A stretch of 64,000 nucleotides of DNA. Source: Candidatus Spongiisociaceae bacterium. Its GTDB lineage: Bacteria > Actinomycetota > Acidimicrobiia > Spongiisociales > Spongiisociaceae. Below the pieces are notes generated by a model, which saw only the letters and a list, made by a program, of their open reading frames with translations, did no database searches and had not been told where the DNA came from. The stretch lies in contig OZ241841.1 in NCBI GenBank assembly GCA_965202665.1, forward strand, positions 2,560,001 through 2,624,000, written 5' to 3'. Shown here piece by piece: positions 10,301-19,528 of the stretch; the stretch's first letter is position 1, and each line of letters opens with the position of its first letter. The translations under genes and the position numbers were made by a program.

Positions 10301-10908
10301 AGATGTTGGGAATGTACGTGTCCGACCATCCCCTGCTGGGCTCCGGCGGCCGCCGGGTGCTCAACCAGGCCGACTGTTCCATCGTGGAGTTGCGGGAGCG
10401 CGAGGACGGGGAACGGGTGAAAGTGGCGGGGATAGTGGGCAAGATCACCCGCCGTTACACCCGCGGCGGGGATTTGATGATTTTCTTCGAGTTGGAGGAT
10501 ACGGCCAGCTCGGTGGAGGTGCTGGCCTTTCCCCGCACGGTGGAGTCGTGCGGCGACCAGATCGAAGCGGACGCCATCGTTTTGGTGGAGGCCCGGCTCA
10601 ACCGCAGCGAAGACGAGGTCAAACTGCGGGCTCACGACGTGCAACAGCCGACGATACGCACCAACGAGGATTATCCGGTGCGGGTGCCCGCCGAAGCGAT
10701 GGTGCCGGAGGCGGTGCGGGAGCTGAAACGCATCCTCGCCAACCATCGGGGCCAAGTCCCGGTCCTGTTGCATATGACCGCCGGCGACGGCGCCGAACAA
10801 CGGGTGTTGCGATTGGACGATGAGTTTTCCATTAAGCCGTCCTCCACTTTGGACGGGGAGATAGCGGAACTGTTCGGGGCGGAGTCGCTGGCGGCTCCGG
10901 CTTCTTAG
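7378..10908 (+). CDS. dnaE: DNA polymerase III alpha subunit
   Basis: PHP domain 'FVHLHVHSEFSMLDGA', 'GPGRGSAAGS', 'MPDIDIDF', 'FAGYGFNKSHS', C-terminal OB fold. Confidence 0.98.
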   Translation: MSNDDFVHLHVHSEFSMLDGAARISEVMDAVVADGGRAIGLTDHGVLYGVVDFYRAARDRDLTPVLGVEAYLTAGSRFDRPPPQANTRYHITLLAENQTGYANLVKLVSRAYLEGFYYKPRMDRELLAEHAAGLIATTGCLGGQIPQLLAPDASREEGNTGGVRDAEAALRVAGEYQDIFGKDNFFIELQDHGLEPQRRIMPDLMDISRRLGAPLLATNDIHYTHPDQAQAHDALLCIQTASNIAEENRLKFDSHEFYLKTARQMRDLFPQDQFPGACDNTLRVAERSEVRINFDQILLPNFGVPDGHTSVTYLRQLVLEGARARYRVLEGEAAERIEHELKIIEEMGFPDYFLIVWDLVRHAREQGIRVGPGRGSAAGSIVAYALRITDLDPLHYGLIFERFLNPGRREMPDIDIDFDERHRGRVIQYLVDKYGSDHVAQIVTFSTIKGKQAIRDSARVLGFPYETGDRLAKMMPPAVLGREASLDICFNSPADDAESLVKDWHANAAGLREAYREQEEAKQVIDTARGLEHLRRQDSIHAAAVVISPEPLTELVPLQRKGDDKEVVTQYEMGAIESLGLLKMDILGLRTLSTIDKCLDLVESTQGFRPDIDNVDLQDRKTFEMMCRGDTVGVFQLEGSAMRALIRSLQPDRFEDIIALVALYRPGPMSNDWHNAYSDRKNGRRPVEYPHPAAEDALRDTYGLMIYQEQVMEIARQIAGYSMADADSLRKAMGKKIPAIMKAEREKFIAGAQDQGHPPQLGGPLFDSIEGFAGYGFNKSHSAAYGLLAYQTAYLKANYPPQYMAALLTSVRKDKDKTALYLSECRVMELEVVCPSVNHAESDYAVVGEQIMFGMAAVRNVGPRVVDFIVEAREGKEGPFTDFHDFLNRVRLHVLNKGTVGALIKAGAFDALGHSRKGLYEVMETMVDVTLARRRNEDRGQYGLFGEDDPGVDVKKVEISDDEWRQSVRLGFEKEMLGMYVSDHPLLGSGGRRVLNQADCSIVELREREDGERVKVAGIVGKITRRYTRGGDLMIFFELEDTASSVEVLAFPRTVESCGDQIEADAIVLVEARLNRSEDEVKLRAHDVQQPTIRTNEDYPVRVPAEAMVPEAVRELKRILANHRGQVPVLLHMTAGDGAEQRVLRLDDEFSIKPSSTLDGEIAELFGAESLAAPAS

Positions 10909-10952
10909 GGCGGAGGCAGCTACGGGGAGCATGGGCGGAAAGGAGGTAGGCC

Positions 10953-11177
10953 GTGGCCGAGTTTGACGTGGACGCCATGTTGCAACGTTTCCGGGATCGG
11001 GCGCAGGCGGTGCAGGAGCGCGGTTTGCCGCCGGTGGCGGGGGAGGGGCGGCAGGCTTTTATGGAACAGGCGGAGCGGGATTTCACCGACTTTGCCTTGA
11101 TTGGCTCATCCGCTTGGTCGGTGGAGGACGGCCATCTGGTGTTGCGCATCCCCCTGGGGGGCGGCTCGGATGGGTAG
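10953..11177 (+). CDS. Small hypothetical protein
   Basis: Strong AAAGGAGG RBS, host-like codon usage, fills the gap between dnaE and the next gene. Confidence 0.7.
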   Translation: MAEFDVDAMLQRFRDRAQAVQERGLPPVAGEGRQAFMEQAERDFTDFALIGSSAWSVEDGHLVLRIPLGGGSDG

Positions 11178-11189
11178 CGGAGGGCGAAG

Positions 11190-11957
11190 ATGATGGAAGC
11201 AGCCGGTTTGCTGGCCGGGTTGGAAAGGCAGGGGGAGATGATGGCCGGGGCCCTGTCCCGCGTTCCGGCCGACCGGACGGTTCCCACCTGCCCGGAGTGG
11301 GCGGTGCGGGACTTGGCGCACCACACCGGCCGGGTGCACCGCTGGGCGGCCGGGGTGGTGGGGGCGGAGCAGGACGAACCGTGGAGCGACCTGAAGCAGA
11401 TTGTTCCCGACGGCTGGCCGGCGGACGCCGACTTGGCCGACTGGTTCCGGGAGGGCCTGCGGGGGCTGGCCTCCGTCTTGCGGGAAGCCCCCGATGATTT
11501 GCGGTGCTTCACCTTCTTGCCGGTCTCCGATCCCAAGTTGTTCTGGACCCGCCGCATGGCCCACGAAACGGCCATCCACCGGTTGGACGCCGAATTGTCC
11601 GCCGGGGGGCAGGGGGTTGATTTTGAACCCGGGTTTGCGGCCGACGGGGTGGATGAGTTGCTGACCATGTTCGTGGAACGCACCAGGGGACGTCTCGCCG
11701 CGCCGTTGCTGACCGCCCCCCGCCCGGTGACTCTGCGGGTGGCGGAATCCGACGGGCGGGGCCGGTGGATGGTCCGCTTCGGCCCGGTGGGGGCCTCCGG
11801 CTGGCGGGACGACCCGGCGGCGGAGGCGGACTGCACGGTGACCGGTCCGGCCGCTTCCCTGTACCCGTTCCTGTGGAACCGCCCCCGCCCCCGGGGCATC
11901 CGAGTGCAGGGAGACCGGGAGGTGTTGGAATTCTGGCGCCATCACGGTTCTTTCTAG
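11190..11957 (+). CDS. Mycothiol-dependent maleylpyruvate isomerase (MDMPI) family protein
   Basis: 'VPTCPEWAVRDLAHH.G.VHRWA', 'FWTRRMAHETAIHRLDAE', 'AADGVDELL'. Confidence 0.88.
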   Translation: MMEAAGLLAGLERQGEMMAGALSRVPADRTVPTCPEWAVRDLAHHTGRVHRWAAGVVGAEQDEPWSDLKQIVPDGWPADADLADWFREGLRGLASVLREAPDDLRCFTFLPVSDPKLFWTRRMAHETAIHRLDAELSAGGQGVDFEPGFAADGVDELLTMFVERTRGRLAAPLLTAPRPVTLRVAESDGRGRWMVRFGPVGASGWRDDPAAEADCTVTGPAASLYPFLWNRPRPRGIRVQGDREVLEFWRHHGSF

Positions 11958-12059
11958 AGGATGGGCGCAAAGCCGGGTTTTGGACGAGCGGCTAGTAGAT
12001 TTACCCAGACGCAGTCGACATAGCCACCAATCAGCGAGGCTTGGATGGGATAAAGTCAG

Positions 12060-12151
12060 GAGAAACGGAGGGGAACCCGGTGCAGGATCGGGTGCCAGGC
12101 AAGGCGGCATCCCAACCGAAAGGCGAGAAACGGAGGCAAACCTGTGCAGGA
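12060..12151 (+). repeat. Imperfect direct repeat containing RBS plus GTG start (GAGAAACGGAGG-N7/8-GTGCAGGA), two copies
   Basis: Copies at 12060-12087 and 12125-12151 read directly from the sequence. Confidence 0.75.
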
Positions 12152-13022
12152 AATGCAGTATCTTGGTCTGTTGCGGGAGTTGGTGGAGAGCGGGGTTCCC
12201 AAACCGGACCGTACCGGGGTGGGCACGTTCAGCTTGTTCGGACGCCAGATAAGGTTTGACCTGTCCGAGGAGTTTCCGTTGCTGACCACCAAGAAGATAC
12301 ATTTCCGTTCGGTGGTGCATGAGTTGCTGTGGTTCCTGTCCGGTAACAGCAACGTTCGCTACCTGAATGACAACGGGGTGCGCATCTGGGACGAGTGGGC
12401 CGACCCCGCAACCGGCGACCTGGGCCCAATATACGGGACGCAGTGGCGGTCTTGGGCAGGGCCGGATGGGGAGGCTATCGACCAGCTGGCGCGGGTGGTG
12501 GAGGAAATCCGCACCGACCCCTACTCGCGGCGGCTGGTGGTGTCGGCTTGGAACGTGTCCGACCTGCCCAAAATGGCCCTCCCCCCCTGCCATGTCCTGT
12601 TCCAGTTCTATGTGGCCGAGGGGAAACTGAGCCTGTCGCTCTACCAGCGCAGTGCCGATATTTTCCTGGGCGTTCCGTTCAACATAGCCTCCTATTCGTT
12701 GCTGTTGCTGATGGTCGCCCAAGTGACCGATCTGGAGCCGGGGGAGTTCGTCCACAACTTTGGTGATGTGCACCTTTATCGGAATCACTGCGAGCAGGCG
12801 CGTGAGCAGTTGGCGCGCGAGCGTGATCTCCAACCCCTTCCTCGTTTAGAGATCGTTACACGTCGTAATGATCTATTTTCCTTCGATTATAATGATTTTA
12901 GGTTGGTTCGAATACAAGCGGATCATCCTATACAGGAGCGCTTTCCCGTGTTCGCTGACGAAAAATATAAGTATGAGGGATACCAGTACCATCCGGCTAT
13001 TCCGGCTCCGGTGGCGGTGTAG
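12144..13022 (+). CDS. thyA: Thymidylate synthase
   Basis: 'DRTGVGT', 'FPLLTTKK', 'MALPPCH', '[18 protein letters not shown]', C-terminal '[10 protein letters not shown]'. Confidence 0.97.
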   Translation: MQEMQYLGLLRELVESGVPKPDRTGVGTFSLFGRQIRFDLSEEFPLLTTKKIHFRSVVHELLWFLSGNSNVRYLNDNGVRIWDEWADPATGDLGPIYGTQWRSWAGPDGEAIDQLARVVEEIRTDPYSRRLVVSAWNVSDLPKMALPPCHVLFQFYVAEGKLSLSLYQRSADIFLGVPFNIASYSLLLLMVAQVTDLEPGEFVHNFGDVHLYRNHCEQAREQLARERDLQPLPRLEIVTRRNDLFSFDYNDFRLVRIQADHPIQERFPVFADEKYKYEGYQYHPAIPAPVAV

Positions 13023-13039
13023 TCGAGGGACTTGACGCC

Positions 13040-13360
13040 GTGGACCGTTGGGAGTCGCTGATCGTGCTGATGCGCATCCTGCGGGTGTTGCTCATCTTCA
13101 CCGCCCTCGGCCTGGGAGTGGCCCCGGTGTTGATGCTCATCGACCTGACCGGCGGCGGCACCGGTTACGGGCTGTGCGTGCAGGGCTGGACTTCCTGCGA
13201 AGGATCGTTCACCGCCGGGTTGGCGCGGATGACCGTGCTGTGCGCCGGGTTGTTCCTGTTGGCGGCCGGGGTTCGGTTGATTTCCACCCTCATCCGCCGC
13301 ATCGAGCGACGCCGACAGTTCAGCGACTTCCTGGCCCGTCAGGGCATAGAGGGGGGATAG
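13040..13360 (+). CDS. Hypothetical two-TM membrane protein
   Basis: Two hydrophobic stretches around a loop with a Cys pair; host-like codon usage. Confidence 0.6.
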   Translation: MDRWESLIVLMRILRVLLIFTALGLGVAPVLMLIDLTGGGTGYGLCVQGWTSCEGSFTAGLARMTVLCAGLFLLAAGVRLISTLIRRIERRRQFSDFLARQGIEGG

Positions 13361-13836
13361 GCGGCCCGCAACTCGTCCAAAGTGCGACGGACCACGTACA
13401 GCCCGCGGGCGGACACCGCCGGATTCCCGTCGCCGTCGCACAACTCGCCGCTGACGGTCAAGCGCCGCCCCCGCCGTTGCTCCACCCGGGCCCGCGCTTC
13501 CAGTTCCTCCCCGCTGTTGCCCAACGGCCGTCGGTAACGCAACTCCAGTTTGCCGGTGACGGTCAAAACCTTTTCCTGCAGGATGCCCGCCCACACCAGG
13601 ATTTCGTCCAAGGCGGCGGCCGCCACCCCGCCGTGCAGGCTCCCGGTCGTTCCTTGAAAGTCGGGGCGGGCCGCGAAGCGGGCGGTGATGTCCCCGTTGC
13701 GGGCCGCGAATCCGTCCATGCGCAACCCGCAGGCGTTGCCCCTCCCGCAGGCGAAGCATCGGTCGCCGGAGCTGCGCCGCAGGAGATCCACCACTTCTTC
13801 CAGGGAGGCGGATTGCGCCGGGGGAGGGAGGTTCAC
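13339..13836 (-). CDS. PaaI family thioesterase (hotdog fold)
   Basis: 'CFACGRGNACGL', 'FQG..GSLHGGVAAAALDE', 'TGKLELRYRRP'; start inferred at GTG 13836. Confidence 0.88.
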   Translation of the reverse strand: MNLPPPAQSASLEEVVDLLRRSSGDRCFACGRGNACGLRMDGFAARNGDITARFAARPDFQGTTGSLHGGVAAAALDEILVWAGILQEKVLTVTGKLELRYRRPLGNSGEELEARARVEQRRGRRLTVSGELCDGDGNPAVSARGLYVVRRTLDELRAAYPPSMP

Positions 13837-13850
13837 GGGCGGTCTCCGAG

Positions 13851-14540
13851 TCAGTCGGCGGGGGGCGGGGTTTTCGGCTGGTGGGCGCACAGGGATTCCA
13901 ATTCGCATTCCCAACAGCGGGGTTTGCGTGCGTCGCACACGTCCCGTCCGAACTGGATGATCCGCATGGACAGTTGCCTCCACTCCGATTTGGGAACCAG
14001 GGCTTTCAGGTCTTGTTCGATGCGCGCCGGGTGGTCCTCCCCGGTGAGGGCCAGCCGGCCGGTCACCCGGCGCACGTGGGTGTCCACCGCGATGGCCGGT
14101 TGGCGGAAGGCTTCGGCCAGCACCACCGAGGCGGTTTTGCGCCCCACCCCTTTCAAGGTCACCAGCTGGTCCATGTCGTCCGGCACCTCCCCCCGGTAGC
14201 GTTCCACCAGGTCTTGGGCCAAGGCGATGATGGAACGGGTTTTCTGCCGGTAGTAACCGGTGGGGAAGATGACCCGCTCCACTTCTTCCGGATTGGCCGC
14301 CGCCAGGTCCTCCGGCTCCGGCCACCGGCCGAACAGGCGGGGGGTCACCCGGTTGACGTTGACGTCGGTGGTTTGGGCGGAGATGACGGTGGAAACCAGC
14401 AGTTCATAGGGGTTGGCGTAGCGCAGGGCGGTCCCAATTTCCGGGTAACGCCGCGCCAGACGGTTCACCACCCGGCGGGCGCGGCCGCGTTCCGCAGCCG
14501 TGGGGACGGAGCCGTCCGCCCTGGTTTCTCCCTGCGCCAT
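13851..14540 (-). CDS. nth: Endonuclease III
   Basis: 'ISAQTTD', HhH 'LKGVGRKTA', 'AVDTHV', 4Fe-4S motif C-x6-C-x2-C-x5-C. Confidence 0.96.
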   Translation of the reverse strand: MAQGETRADGSVPTAAERGRARRVVNRLARRYPEIGTALRYANPYELLVSTVISAQTTDVNVNRVTPRLFGRWPEPEDLAAANPEEVERVIFPTGYYRQKTRSIIALAQDLVERYRGEVPDDMDQLVTLKGVGRKTASVVLAEAFRQPAIAVDTHVRRVTGRLALTGEDHPARIEQDLKALVPKSEWRQLSMRIIQFGRDVCDARKPRCWECELESLCAHQPKTPPPAD

Positions 14541-14602
14541 CCCCGTGGAGGTTAGACCGGATTCCCGGCGGCGGCGGGGAGGGGCGTACCCTGGGGCGGA
14601 AC

Positions 14603-15901
14603 ATGATGCGCCGCTTCGCCTTCACTTCCGCCGACCGCCGAATTTTCCGGCTGGCCCTGCCCGCGCTGGGGGCTTTGGCCGCCGAGCCGCTGGTGTCGCT
14701 GGCGGACACCGCCTTCGTGGGGCGCCTGGGGGCGGACGCCCTGGCCGCCTTGGGGGTGGTGACCGCCGTGTTCGGGTTCGTATTTTTCCTGATGACCGCT
14801 TTGGCCTACGCGGGCACCCCGCTCATCGCCCGGGCGGTGGGGGCGGGGGATCTCCCGCGGGCGGCGCAGTTGACTTCCCAGTCCTTGTTGATCGCCTTGT
14901 TGCTGGGGGCGGCCGGGTTGGCGGTGATGGAGGCGGCCGCCCCGCAACTGGTGCGGCTGATGGGAGCGGGCGCCGAGGTGGCTTCTCCGGCCGCCGACTA
15001 CCTGCGGATACGGGCCTGGTCGTTGCCGGGCCTGCTGTGGATCACGGTGGGGCACGAAGCTTACCGGGGGGTGGGCGACACCCGCACCCCCATGCTGGTA
15101 ACCGTGGCCGCCGCCCTGCTCAACCTGGTTTTGGACCCGATGATGATTTTTTGGGCGGGGTGGGGCCTGAACGGGGCGGCCATCGCCTCGGCGGTCGCGC
15201 AGACCGGCGGGGGGGCGGCCTTTATGTTCCTGCTTCTCACCGGCCGCACCGGCCTGCGCCTTCCCCGCCCCCGCCTGCAATGGGGGGTGATGAAAACATT
15301 GCTGGGGGCTGGCTCCGCCCTCACCTTGCGCACCCTGGTGTTGGTGGCCACTTTCACCGCGGCGGCGGCGGCCGCCGCCCGCATGGGAGTGGCGGAGATC
15401 GCCGCCCATCAGGTGGCCATCCAGATTTTCGTGTTCCTGGCGCTGGTGGTGGACGCCTTGGCCATCGCCGCCCAGTCGTTGGTGGCCCGCCATTTGGGGG
15501 AGGGGGATTGGGCGGGGGCCCGCCGCCTGTCCAACCGCATGCTGGGATGGGGCTTTGTTTGGGGGACGGTCCTGGGGGCGGTCATCTGGGGTTTGCGCGG
15601 CCAGCTGGCCGGATGGTTCTCCTCCGACCCGGAGGTGGCGGCCATCGCGGCGGGTTTGCTGTCGTTGGTGGCCTTGGCCCAGCCGTTGGGGAGCGCGGTG
15701 TTCGTTTTGGACGGGATCCTGATCGGCCAGGAACGGTTCCGCTTTTTGGCGGCGGCCATGCTGGGGGCCTGCCTGCCCACCATGGTTCTGTTGTCGGCCG
15801 CCCCCACCGTGTCCCTGGTGTGGTGGTCCATTATGTTTTTGTTAGCGGCCCGCTTGGCGCCTTTGGCCTGGAGTTACCTGCGTCACACGTCGTCGGCGTA
15901 G
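14603..15901 (+). CDS. MATE family efflux transporter (DinF-like)
   Basis: 'LALPALGALAAEPL.SLADTAFVGRLG', 'RGVGDTRTP', 'IAAHQV'; about 12 TM segments. Confidence 0.92.
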   Translation: MMRRFAFTSADRRIFRLALPALGALAAEPLVSLADTAFVGRLGADALAALGVVTAVFGFVFFLMTALAYAGTPLIARAVGAGDLPRAAQLTSQSLLIALLLGAAGLAVMEAAAPQLVRLMGAGAEVASPAADYLRIRAWSLPGLLWITVGHEAYRGVGDTRTPMLVTVAAALLNLVLDPMMIFWAGWGLNGAAIASAVAQTGGGAAFMFLLLTGRTGLRLPRPRLQWGVMKTLLGAGSALTLRTLVLVATFTAAAAAAARMGVAEIAAHQVAIQIFVFLALVVDALAIAAQSLVARHLGEGDWAGARRLSNRMLGWGFVWGTVLGAVIWGLRGQLAGWFSSDPEVAAIAAGLLSLVALAQPLGSAVFVLDGILIGQERFRFLAAAMLGACLPTMVLLSAAPTVSLVWWSIMFLLAARLAPLAWSYLRHTSSA

Positions 15902-17118
15902 GAGCCGAGTTCCGCCCCGGAAGATTCCGGTATCCACACTTGGGCCAGCGCCGCCAGCGCCGCCCCCGTTCCGGCCAAGGCGACGGCGGTGGGCAGCCCC
16001 CAGGCGTCGATGGCCGACGCCGCCAGGTACAGCCCCAGGAAGGACCCGGCCACCGCTACGGAATGCAGCCATTGGACGGCGGTGGCCCGTATGTAGGTGG
16101 GGAAAAGTTCGGCCCGTTGCACCGCTCCCACCGGCAGGGCGGCCGAGCCGGCCAGGGCCGACAGGAATATGGCAAGGAACAGGAGCGGGGGGCTGGTCAG
16201 CCAGTACAGGCCCAAGCCCCCCGCCAGGCCCAGCAGGATGGATATGACGATCACCGGTTTGCGGCCCGCCGCGTCGGCCATCCTCCCGCCGATGAAAAAC
16301 CCCACCCCGCCCAGGGTTCCGCCCGTCAGCAGCATCACCGTGGACTGCAAGGTGGAAATGCCCAGGTCGTTGATGAGGCGCTCCAAGGAGAAAGTGACCG
16401 CCACCGCCGAGAAGCCGCTGAGGGACAGGTTGTAGAGGGCCAGCAGCCAGAACCGGCCCGCGAACCGGCCGAACAGCAGTCGCGTCATCCGCCCCCGTTC
16501 CGGGTCCAGGTATCCGAAAGCCGGACTTTCGCTCAGTTTGGGGGACAGGAAAGGGTAAACGAGCAGTCCGATGAGGGCGGCGGTGAACAGCCACCGCCAT
16601 GTTTCATCTCCCAGGCGGGCCACCGGCAGGGCCATCAAACCGATTCCCGAACCCAGGCCGACCGCGGTGGAGTAAAAACTGACCGCCCACGCCCGGTTGT
16701 CGGGACGCATCTGTTCGGCCAGCAGAACGGTGGCCAGTATGGCCATGGCCGCCGCCCCCATGCGGGCCGCCACCTGCAGGGCGGTGTACATAGTGGCGTT
16801 GACGGACAGGGCGGTGGCCCCGGTGGCGAAGAAAAACACCATATAGGAGAGCAGGAAGGGCCCCCGCCGCCCCCACCGGTCGCCGAAGGCGGCGTAGATG
16901 ACCGCGATCAGGGCCCCCAGGCGGGTGATGGCGAACAGGCGGGCCATGTCCCCTTCGTCCAGGCCGAAGGACAGCCGTACGAAAGGAAGGGTGTTGACCG
17001 CTTGGGTTTGGGCGTAGCCCAGGACTATTCCCGCCAAATACATTACGGCCAAAAGCCGGCGATCCTCGCGCCGATAACTGACCAGCGGACCCAAGGCCCG
17101 AATTAACGGGAAAGACAT
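15883..17118 (-). CDS. MFS transporter
   Basis: 'GDRWGRR' and 'ADAAGRK' MFS motif A, 'ELFPTYIRATA'; many TM segments; start inferred. Confidence 0.88.
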   Translation of the reverse strand: MSFPLIRALGPLVSYRREDRRLLAVMYLAGIVLGYAQTQAVNTLPFVRLSFGLDEGDMARLFAITRLGALIAVIYAAFGDRWGRRGPFLLSYMVFFFATGATALSVNATMYTALQVAARMGAAAMAILATVLLAEQMRPDNRAWAVSFYSTAVGLGSGIGLMALPVARLGDETWRWLFTAALIGLLVYPFLSPKLSESPAFGYLDPERGRMTRLLFGRFAGRFWLLALYNLSLSGFSAVAVTFSLERLINDLGISTLQSTVMLLTGGTLGGVGFFIGGRMADAAGRKPVIVISILLGLAGGLGLYWLTSPPLLFLAIFLSALAGSAALPVGAVQRAELFPTYIRATAVQWLHSVAVAGSFLGLYLAASAIDAWGLPTAVALAGTGAALAALAQVWIPESSGAELGSYADDV

Positions 17119-17252
17119 GAATGGCAGAATAGTAGGCTGATAGCGCAAGGCCCGCCGTTGGGGCGAAGACATCCCAACATTTGGTCGGAAAATTACGCAT
17201 TTCGGGGCCCCGGCGCATCGGGGCGGCCCGCTGGAAACAAGGAGTTGGCGGA

Positions 17253-18005
17253 ATGGATCCAGGTAGCAGTTTGAGCGCTTTCCTGTTCGGCGCCTTGTCG
17301 TTCGTTTCGCCCTGCGTGTTGCCCCTGTTGCCCGGTTATCTGTCATTGATGTCCGGTTATTCGGTGGCCGATCTGCAAGAGGGCCGGGCGGGGACCTTGC
17401 GCATGTTGCGGGCCACCTCCCTGTTCGTGGCCGGTTTCACGGCGGTGTTCATGGCGGCCGGGGCGGGGGCCACCGCCCTGGGCGGCTTCCTGGCCCGCAA
17501 CCAGCGTCTGACGCAACGCATTTCCGGCTGGCTGATCATCGTCTTCGGGGTGATAATCGTGGCCTTGGCCGTATCCAACTCCCCCCGGTTGGCCTTTCTG
17601 GCCCGGGAGCGCCGCTTGGAAGTGCGGCCTTCCCGGCTGGGGGGATGGGCCCCGCCGGTGATGGGAATGGCTTTCGGGTTCGGCTGGACGCCCTGCATAG
17701 GCCCGGTGCTGGGGGCCATCCTCACCTTGGCCGCCTCCCAGGAAACGGTGGGGCGGGGAATGTGGTTGCTGTTCATCTATTCCATGGGTTTGGGAATACC
17801 GTTCGTGTTGGCCGGGGTGGGGTTGACCAAGCTCTACTCCGGGATCAGGGCGCTGCACAAGTACCTGCGCCCCATCAACATCGTCTCCGGCCTGCTCATG
17901 ATCGGGTTCGGGGTGCTTTTCATAACCGGCCGCATCACCGTCCTGTCCGGTTGGATCAGCGATTTCCTGATCCTGATCGGGTTGGACGGGCTGGCCGTCA
18001 TCTGA
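17253..18005 (+). CDS. ccdA: Cytochrome c biogenesis protein CcdA
   Basis: 'SFVSPCVLPLLPGYL' and 'GWTPCIGPVLG'; AAGGAG RBS. Confidence 0.92.
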   Translation: MDPGSSLSAFLFGALSFVSPCVLPLLPGYLSLMSGYSVADLQEGRAGTLRMLRATSLFVAGFTAVFMAAGAGATALGGFLARNQRLTQRISGWLIIVFGVIIVALAVSNSPRLAFLARERRLEVRPSRLGGWAPPVMGMAFGFGWTPCIGPVLGAILTLAASQETVGRGMWLLFIYSMGLGIPFVLAGVGLTKLYSGIRALHKYLRPINIVSGLLMIGFGVLFITGRITVLSGWISDFLILIGLDGLAVI

Positions 18006-18040
18006 TGCGCTGTTGAGCCGGCGACGGGTAGTTTTTCGAT

Positions 18041-19528
18041 ATGTCTTTGCATATTTTTCCGGACCGCGACCAGTTTCATGATCTGGCCCGCTCCTACCGG
18101 GTGGTTCCGGTGGCGGTCAAACTGCTGGCCGACCGGGAAACCCCGGTCAGCGCCTTCGAGAAACTGGTGGGCGACCGGCCCGGGTTTCTGCTGGAATCAA
18201 TGGAGGGGGGCGAGCGGTGGGCGCAGTGGTCGTTTTTGGGATGGGACCCCGCCTTCACCCTTTTCAGCCGGGACGGGATCACGCAGTCGGATTCGGACAA
18301 AGTGGATATCCCGGCGGGCGACCCGCTGGCCGCGCTGGAGCAAATGCTGGGCCGCTATTCCACCGCCCCGTTGCCGGGCCTGCCCCCCCTCCATTCGGGG
18401 GCGGTCGGTTACCTGGCCTACGACGCGGTGCGCTACATCGAGCATCTTCCCCACCCGCCCCCCGACGACCGGCGGCTGCCGGAGATGATGTGGCAGTTCG
18501 CGGGCAGCCTGGCCGCTTTCGACCGGTTCAGCCAGAGCCTGACTTTGGTGCGCAACGTGTTCACCGATCTGTGGTCCAACCTGGACATCGCCTATTCGGA
18601 CGCCGTGGAACGACTGGAAAGGCACGCCCTGCGCCTGGGCGACCCCCATCCTTACCGGCCGATGGACCCGTTCTTGGCCGAGCGGGAGCCCCGCCGGGAC
18701 CCGGTTTCCTCTTCCATGGGGCAACCCGAGTTTGAGAAGGCGGTGCGGGCCGCGCAGGAATACATCAAGGCCGGGGACGCCTATCAGGTGGTGCTCAGCC
18801 AACGTCTGGCCGCCCCTTTCTTCGGCGACCCGTTCGCCGTCTACCGGGCCTCCCGGCTCATTAATCCCTCCCCCTTCCTGTTTTTCCTGCGTTACCCGGA
18901 GTTGTCGGTGGTGGCTTCCTCCCCGGAGTTGATGACCCGGGTGCGGGACGGCAAGGTGTTTTCCCGGCCCATCGCCGGCACCCGCCGCCGGGGGTCCGAC
19001 GAAGCCGAAGACCTGGCTTTGGAGGAGGAGTTGCTGGCCGACCCCAAGGAACGGGCCGAGCACATAATGCTGGTGGACCTGGCCCGCAACGACCTGGGCC
19101 GGGTGTGCGAATACGGGACGGTGCGGGTGGACGACCTGATGACGGTGGAAAGATATTCTCATGTGATGCACATGGTGTCGGGGGTGTCGGGGCGCTTGCG
19201 GGACGGGTACGGCCCGGTGGACGTGGTGCGGGCCGTGTTCCCGCACGGCACCGTGTCCGGGGCCCCCAAGGTGCGGGCCATGGAGATCATCGACGAGTTG
19301 GAGCCGGTGGCCCGCGGCCCCTACGCCGGCGCGGCCGGATATCTGGATTTCAGCGGCAACGTGGACACCGCCATCTGCCTGCGCACCGTCATCATCGCCC
19401 GCGGCCAAGCCTGGGTGCAGGCCGGGGCGGGACTGGTGGCCGACTCGGACCCCGCCTCCGAATACCGGGAGACGATGGACAAGGCGGCCGCCGCCCTCTC
19501 CGCCCTTTCCCACGCCCGGCGCATATGA
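18041..19528 (+). CDS. trpE: Anthranilate synthase component I
   Basis: 'LLES', 'YIKAGDAYQVVLSQR', 'PIAGTRRRG', 'KERAEHIMLVDLARND', 'GTVSGAPKVRAM'; trp operon context. Confidence 0.93.
   Translation: MSLHIFPDRDQFHDLARSYRVVPVAVKLLADRETPVSAFEKLVGDRPGFLLESMEGGERWAQWSFLGWDPAFTLFSRDGITQSDSDKVDIPAGDPLAALEQMLGRYSTAPLPGLPPLHSGAVGYLAYDAVRYIEHLPHPPPDDRRLPEMMWQFAGSLAAFDRFSQSLTLVRNVFTDLWSNLDIAYSDAVERLERHALRLGDPHPYRPMDPFLAEREPRRDPVSSSMGQPEFEKAVRAAQEYIKAGDAYQVVLSQRLAAPFFGDPFAVYRASRLINPSPFLFFLRYPELSVVASSPELMTRVRDGKVFSRPIAGTRRRGSDEAEDLALEEELLADPKERAEHIMLVDLARNDLGRVCEYGTVRVDDLMTVERYSHVMHMVSGVSGRLRDGYGPVDVVRAVFPHGTVSGAPKVRAMEIIDELEPVARGPYAGAAGYLDFSGNVDTAICLRTVIIARGQAWVQAGAGLVADSDPASEYRETMDKAAAALSALSHARRI

Noticed and set aside
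11958-12143. Folate or ZTP riboswitch upstream of thyA
   Set aside because: I could not match THF or pfl/ZTP consensus elements; only the direct repeat is supportable. An Rfam scan would settle it.
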